Assembly (NCBI GenBank): GCA_030704615.1
Contig: CM060732.1
Location: forward strand, 80,476,001 to 80,540,000
Direction: 5' to 3'
DNA from: Takakia lepidozioides
Lineage: Eukaryota > Plantae > Bryophyta
Length of the DNA: 64,000 nt
The notes below the pieces were generated by a model. That model was not told the origin of the DNA. It was given only the letters and a program-made list of their open reading frames with translations, and ran no database searches. This document shows, piece by piece, positions 61,640 to 64,000 of the stretch (position 1 is its first letter; each line of letters opens with the position of its first letter). The position numbers and the translations under genes are program-made.

Positions 61640-63215
61640 TTGCGGTGCTCGACGAGACCTCCTCGGGCAACATCACGGGACCATGAGGGAGCGTGCGAAT
61701 ATTCTTGTCAGCTCGCCATGAATCCTCTTCTCCGCCAGGTGCCTCGTCAAGTCTTCGTTTCACTGGACGGGTGTGAACATCTCATTTCAAGTGTTGGCCA
61801 CTTCGAAGCAATGGCGTGCCCCGAAGGCCCTCTCGCAAGGCTACCGCCCACTTGCGAGGATTCTTCGATCTGGAGGTAGTCTGCATCAGCATTTCCTGCC
61901 TGTCCGGCCCCAAGCCCCACTGTTTCTCTTTCAAGAACTCGTTGTACTTGCATTGCTGCATAATTGACCTGACAATGTCCTCCGTTGTGGCAGTGAGGAT
62001 GTCCACCAGATGTGCCGCAGAGGAGGCATGCCAAGAAGAATGTACTGATTCAGCCATGTTTGTTGTCGGCATGTCGGTGTCGGAGTCGAGACACATTTCC
62101 TGCACATGCACATGTTGAGGTTACAAGCAAATTACAAATAATGAGTAGCTAGCATAATATTCAACGGGACGCAAATTTGTCCAACTCACCTCCCGCATAT
62201 AGTCGCCGAACTGGAGGAAACGATAATGCCACCATGCTAGCCAACTGACCATTGCTCCCTCGTCTGATTTCCTTACAGCACCTGACGTTGTCCACCAAGC
62301 CCGTATACATGCAAACTGTGTTTCTGCATCATCCAAGGTGGGAGCACACTTCCACGCAAGACACATGGAACGGTGCTCCTCTCTGAAATCTGGCGCCACG
62401 AGCCTGGTTGTGTACTGCGACAAGCTCTGCAGAAAATGGAACCCACAAGATCTCTCCTTGCTTTTCATTGGAACATTGGGGTCTTCCCCGTACACCCTTC
62501 GGATGGTAGCCCAATTTGCTTGTGCGTTGTCCGCCATGAAACCACAAAAATTGGGAGGAGGAAATCTTGCCCTGGCCATCTGTTCGTTTATTCCCTGCCA
62601 AAGAAGCATCTCCGATTGTGTGTCCTCTCCTTTCATCTCACAAATAACAATTGTCATTAGTATCCTGTAGTGGGTGTCGTAGACATGTGCACCCATTGTA
62701 ACCCACTGGTGATTTGTAATTCGCTTGATATGGTCGAACATGACCCAACTGTTTGACAAGTCCCTACTCGTCATCCGGTGGACCAGTTCGACGCCGCTGC
62801 CAGGCCCATATGTTAACATTTTGAATACGAAACAACGATCTGCCTCAGTCCCTTGTCCTGGAAATCTACTTCCATGAATATAGTCATATCCACATCATCG
62901 CTTCACCTCCAGAATGGAGTGCATATCCGGGCCACGCCCAATTCTCTGTTTACATGAGACAATGTGGTTTCGGACATTCGGTGAACAGACGTGGAATACC
63001 GACTCCAGCAATGCCTCCATTTCCTTCTCATTGAGAGGAACTCTGTCGGAGCCGTCTTCCGACATAATTCTGGCCAATGCCATCTTATGGGCGGCCTGCA
63101 GCTGTATCTGTTTGGGTTTGGCACCAGGTCTCAACTTAACCTCCTCTTGAATGAGCTGCTCTGCCTCGTGGGCAGCCTCCCGCGAGTTACCCCTCGTCAA
63201 TTTGTGACAATGGGA
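61640..63215 (-). mobile_element. Mutator-like (MULE) transposase gene, intron-containing, with one in-frame stop
   Basis: WVMFDHIKR..., GFMADNAQANW, ERSCGFHFLQS (D..D, CxFH). A GT-AG intron at ~62189-62100 is followed by PTTNMAESVHSSW (catalytic Glu motif). TGA at 62895. CATGAGC motifs near 61167-61217 may mark the subterminal region. Confidence 0.75.
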
Positions 63216-63227
63216 ACCAACGTGTCG

Positions 63228-63870
63228 GATGAAGTCGTCTCAGGGGGACAGACCGACACCTGGCCGACAGAGAATATCCCTCGGATGGAAAAACGGCGCC
63301 GAATTTCCATTAGAGGCCGTTCCGATGAAGTTGTCTCGGGGGGAGAGGCCGACACCTGGCCGACAGAGAACATCCCACGGATGGAAAAATGGCGCCGAAT
63401 TTCAATACGAGGCCCATCAGATGAAGTCGTCTCGGAGGAGAGGCCGACACCTGGCCGACAGAGAACATCCTTCGGATGGGAAAACGGCGCTGAATCTCCA
63501 ATGAGGCCATTCGGATGAAGTTGTCTCGGGGGTAGAGGCCGACACCTGGACTACAGAGAATATCCCCCGGATGGCAAAACGGCGCCGAATTTCCATACGA
63601 GGCCCGTCGGATGAAGTCGTCTCAGGGGGAGAGGCAGACACCTGGCCGACAGAGAACATCCCTCGGATGGAAAAACGGCGCCGAATTTCAGGACGAGGCC
63701 CGTCGGATGAAGTCGTCTCGGGGGGAGAGGCTGACATCTAGCCGACAGAGAACATCCCTCGAATGGAAAAATGGCGCCGTATTTCCATCCAAGGCCGCAC
63801 GGATGGAGTCGTCTCGGGGGGAGTGGCCAAAAGAGATCATGTGCAGGATGGAAAAACGACGCCGAATATC
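63228..63870. repeat. ~96-bp minisatellite, about 6.5 copies
   Basis: Unit GGATGAAGTCGTCTCGGGGGAGAGGCCGACACCTGGCCGACAGAGAACATCCCTCGGATGGAAAAACGGCGCCGAATTTC repeated head to tail. Confidence 0.93.
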
Positions 63871-64000
63871 CATCAACAGACGCCCGTATCGACCCTTCAT
63901 CAACAATTTTGATTCGTTTTTCGCATTTTATGTCTAATCAGTCACTCAACTTAGAGTTTTTCGCCTGCGGTCCACTTTTTGGCACGTTATGCCCACCAAT

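Noticed and set aside
63228-63870. CRISPR-like regular array
   Set aside because: The whole ~96-bp unit repeats with no unique spacers, and the context is eukaryotic with no cas genes. It is a minisatellite.

Overview
Eukaryotic, intron-rich land-plant DNA, most likely from a non-seed plant (bryophyte, lycophyte or fern). That assignment is inferred from the many PLS-class PPR repeats and a Tcn1-like chromovirus. The first ~24 kb holds three apparently intact spliced genes: a DEAD-box RNA helicase (RH25/26/31-like, +), the C-terminal processing peptidase CTPA1 (+) and a TIC32-like short-chain dehydrogenase (-). Their introns carry copies of one non-LTR retroelement family that has no poly(A) tail and whose 3' junction always reads TCT. 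From ~25 kb onward the window is decayed PPR genes and nested transposons: Helitron, two Ty3/gypsy elements, Ty1/copia, hAT, CACTA, Mutator, PIF/Harbinger and a foldback element. The most interesting signal is at 31.5-39.6 kb. Five copies of an intron-split OSB-type PDF motif (LW..YFSDPSQWWD.R.KK/IHPRGPDFKHKITYDSLW...P.WV, an organellar ssDNA-binding motif) occur in tandem and are joined to PLS-class PPR arrays. These are remnants of a PDF-PPR fusion gene family. The ORF track misses the motif because an intron splits it. Exon boundaries and alignments were read by eye.
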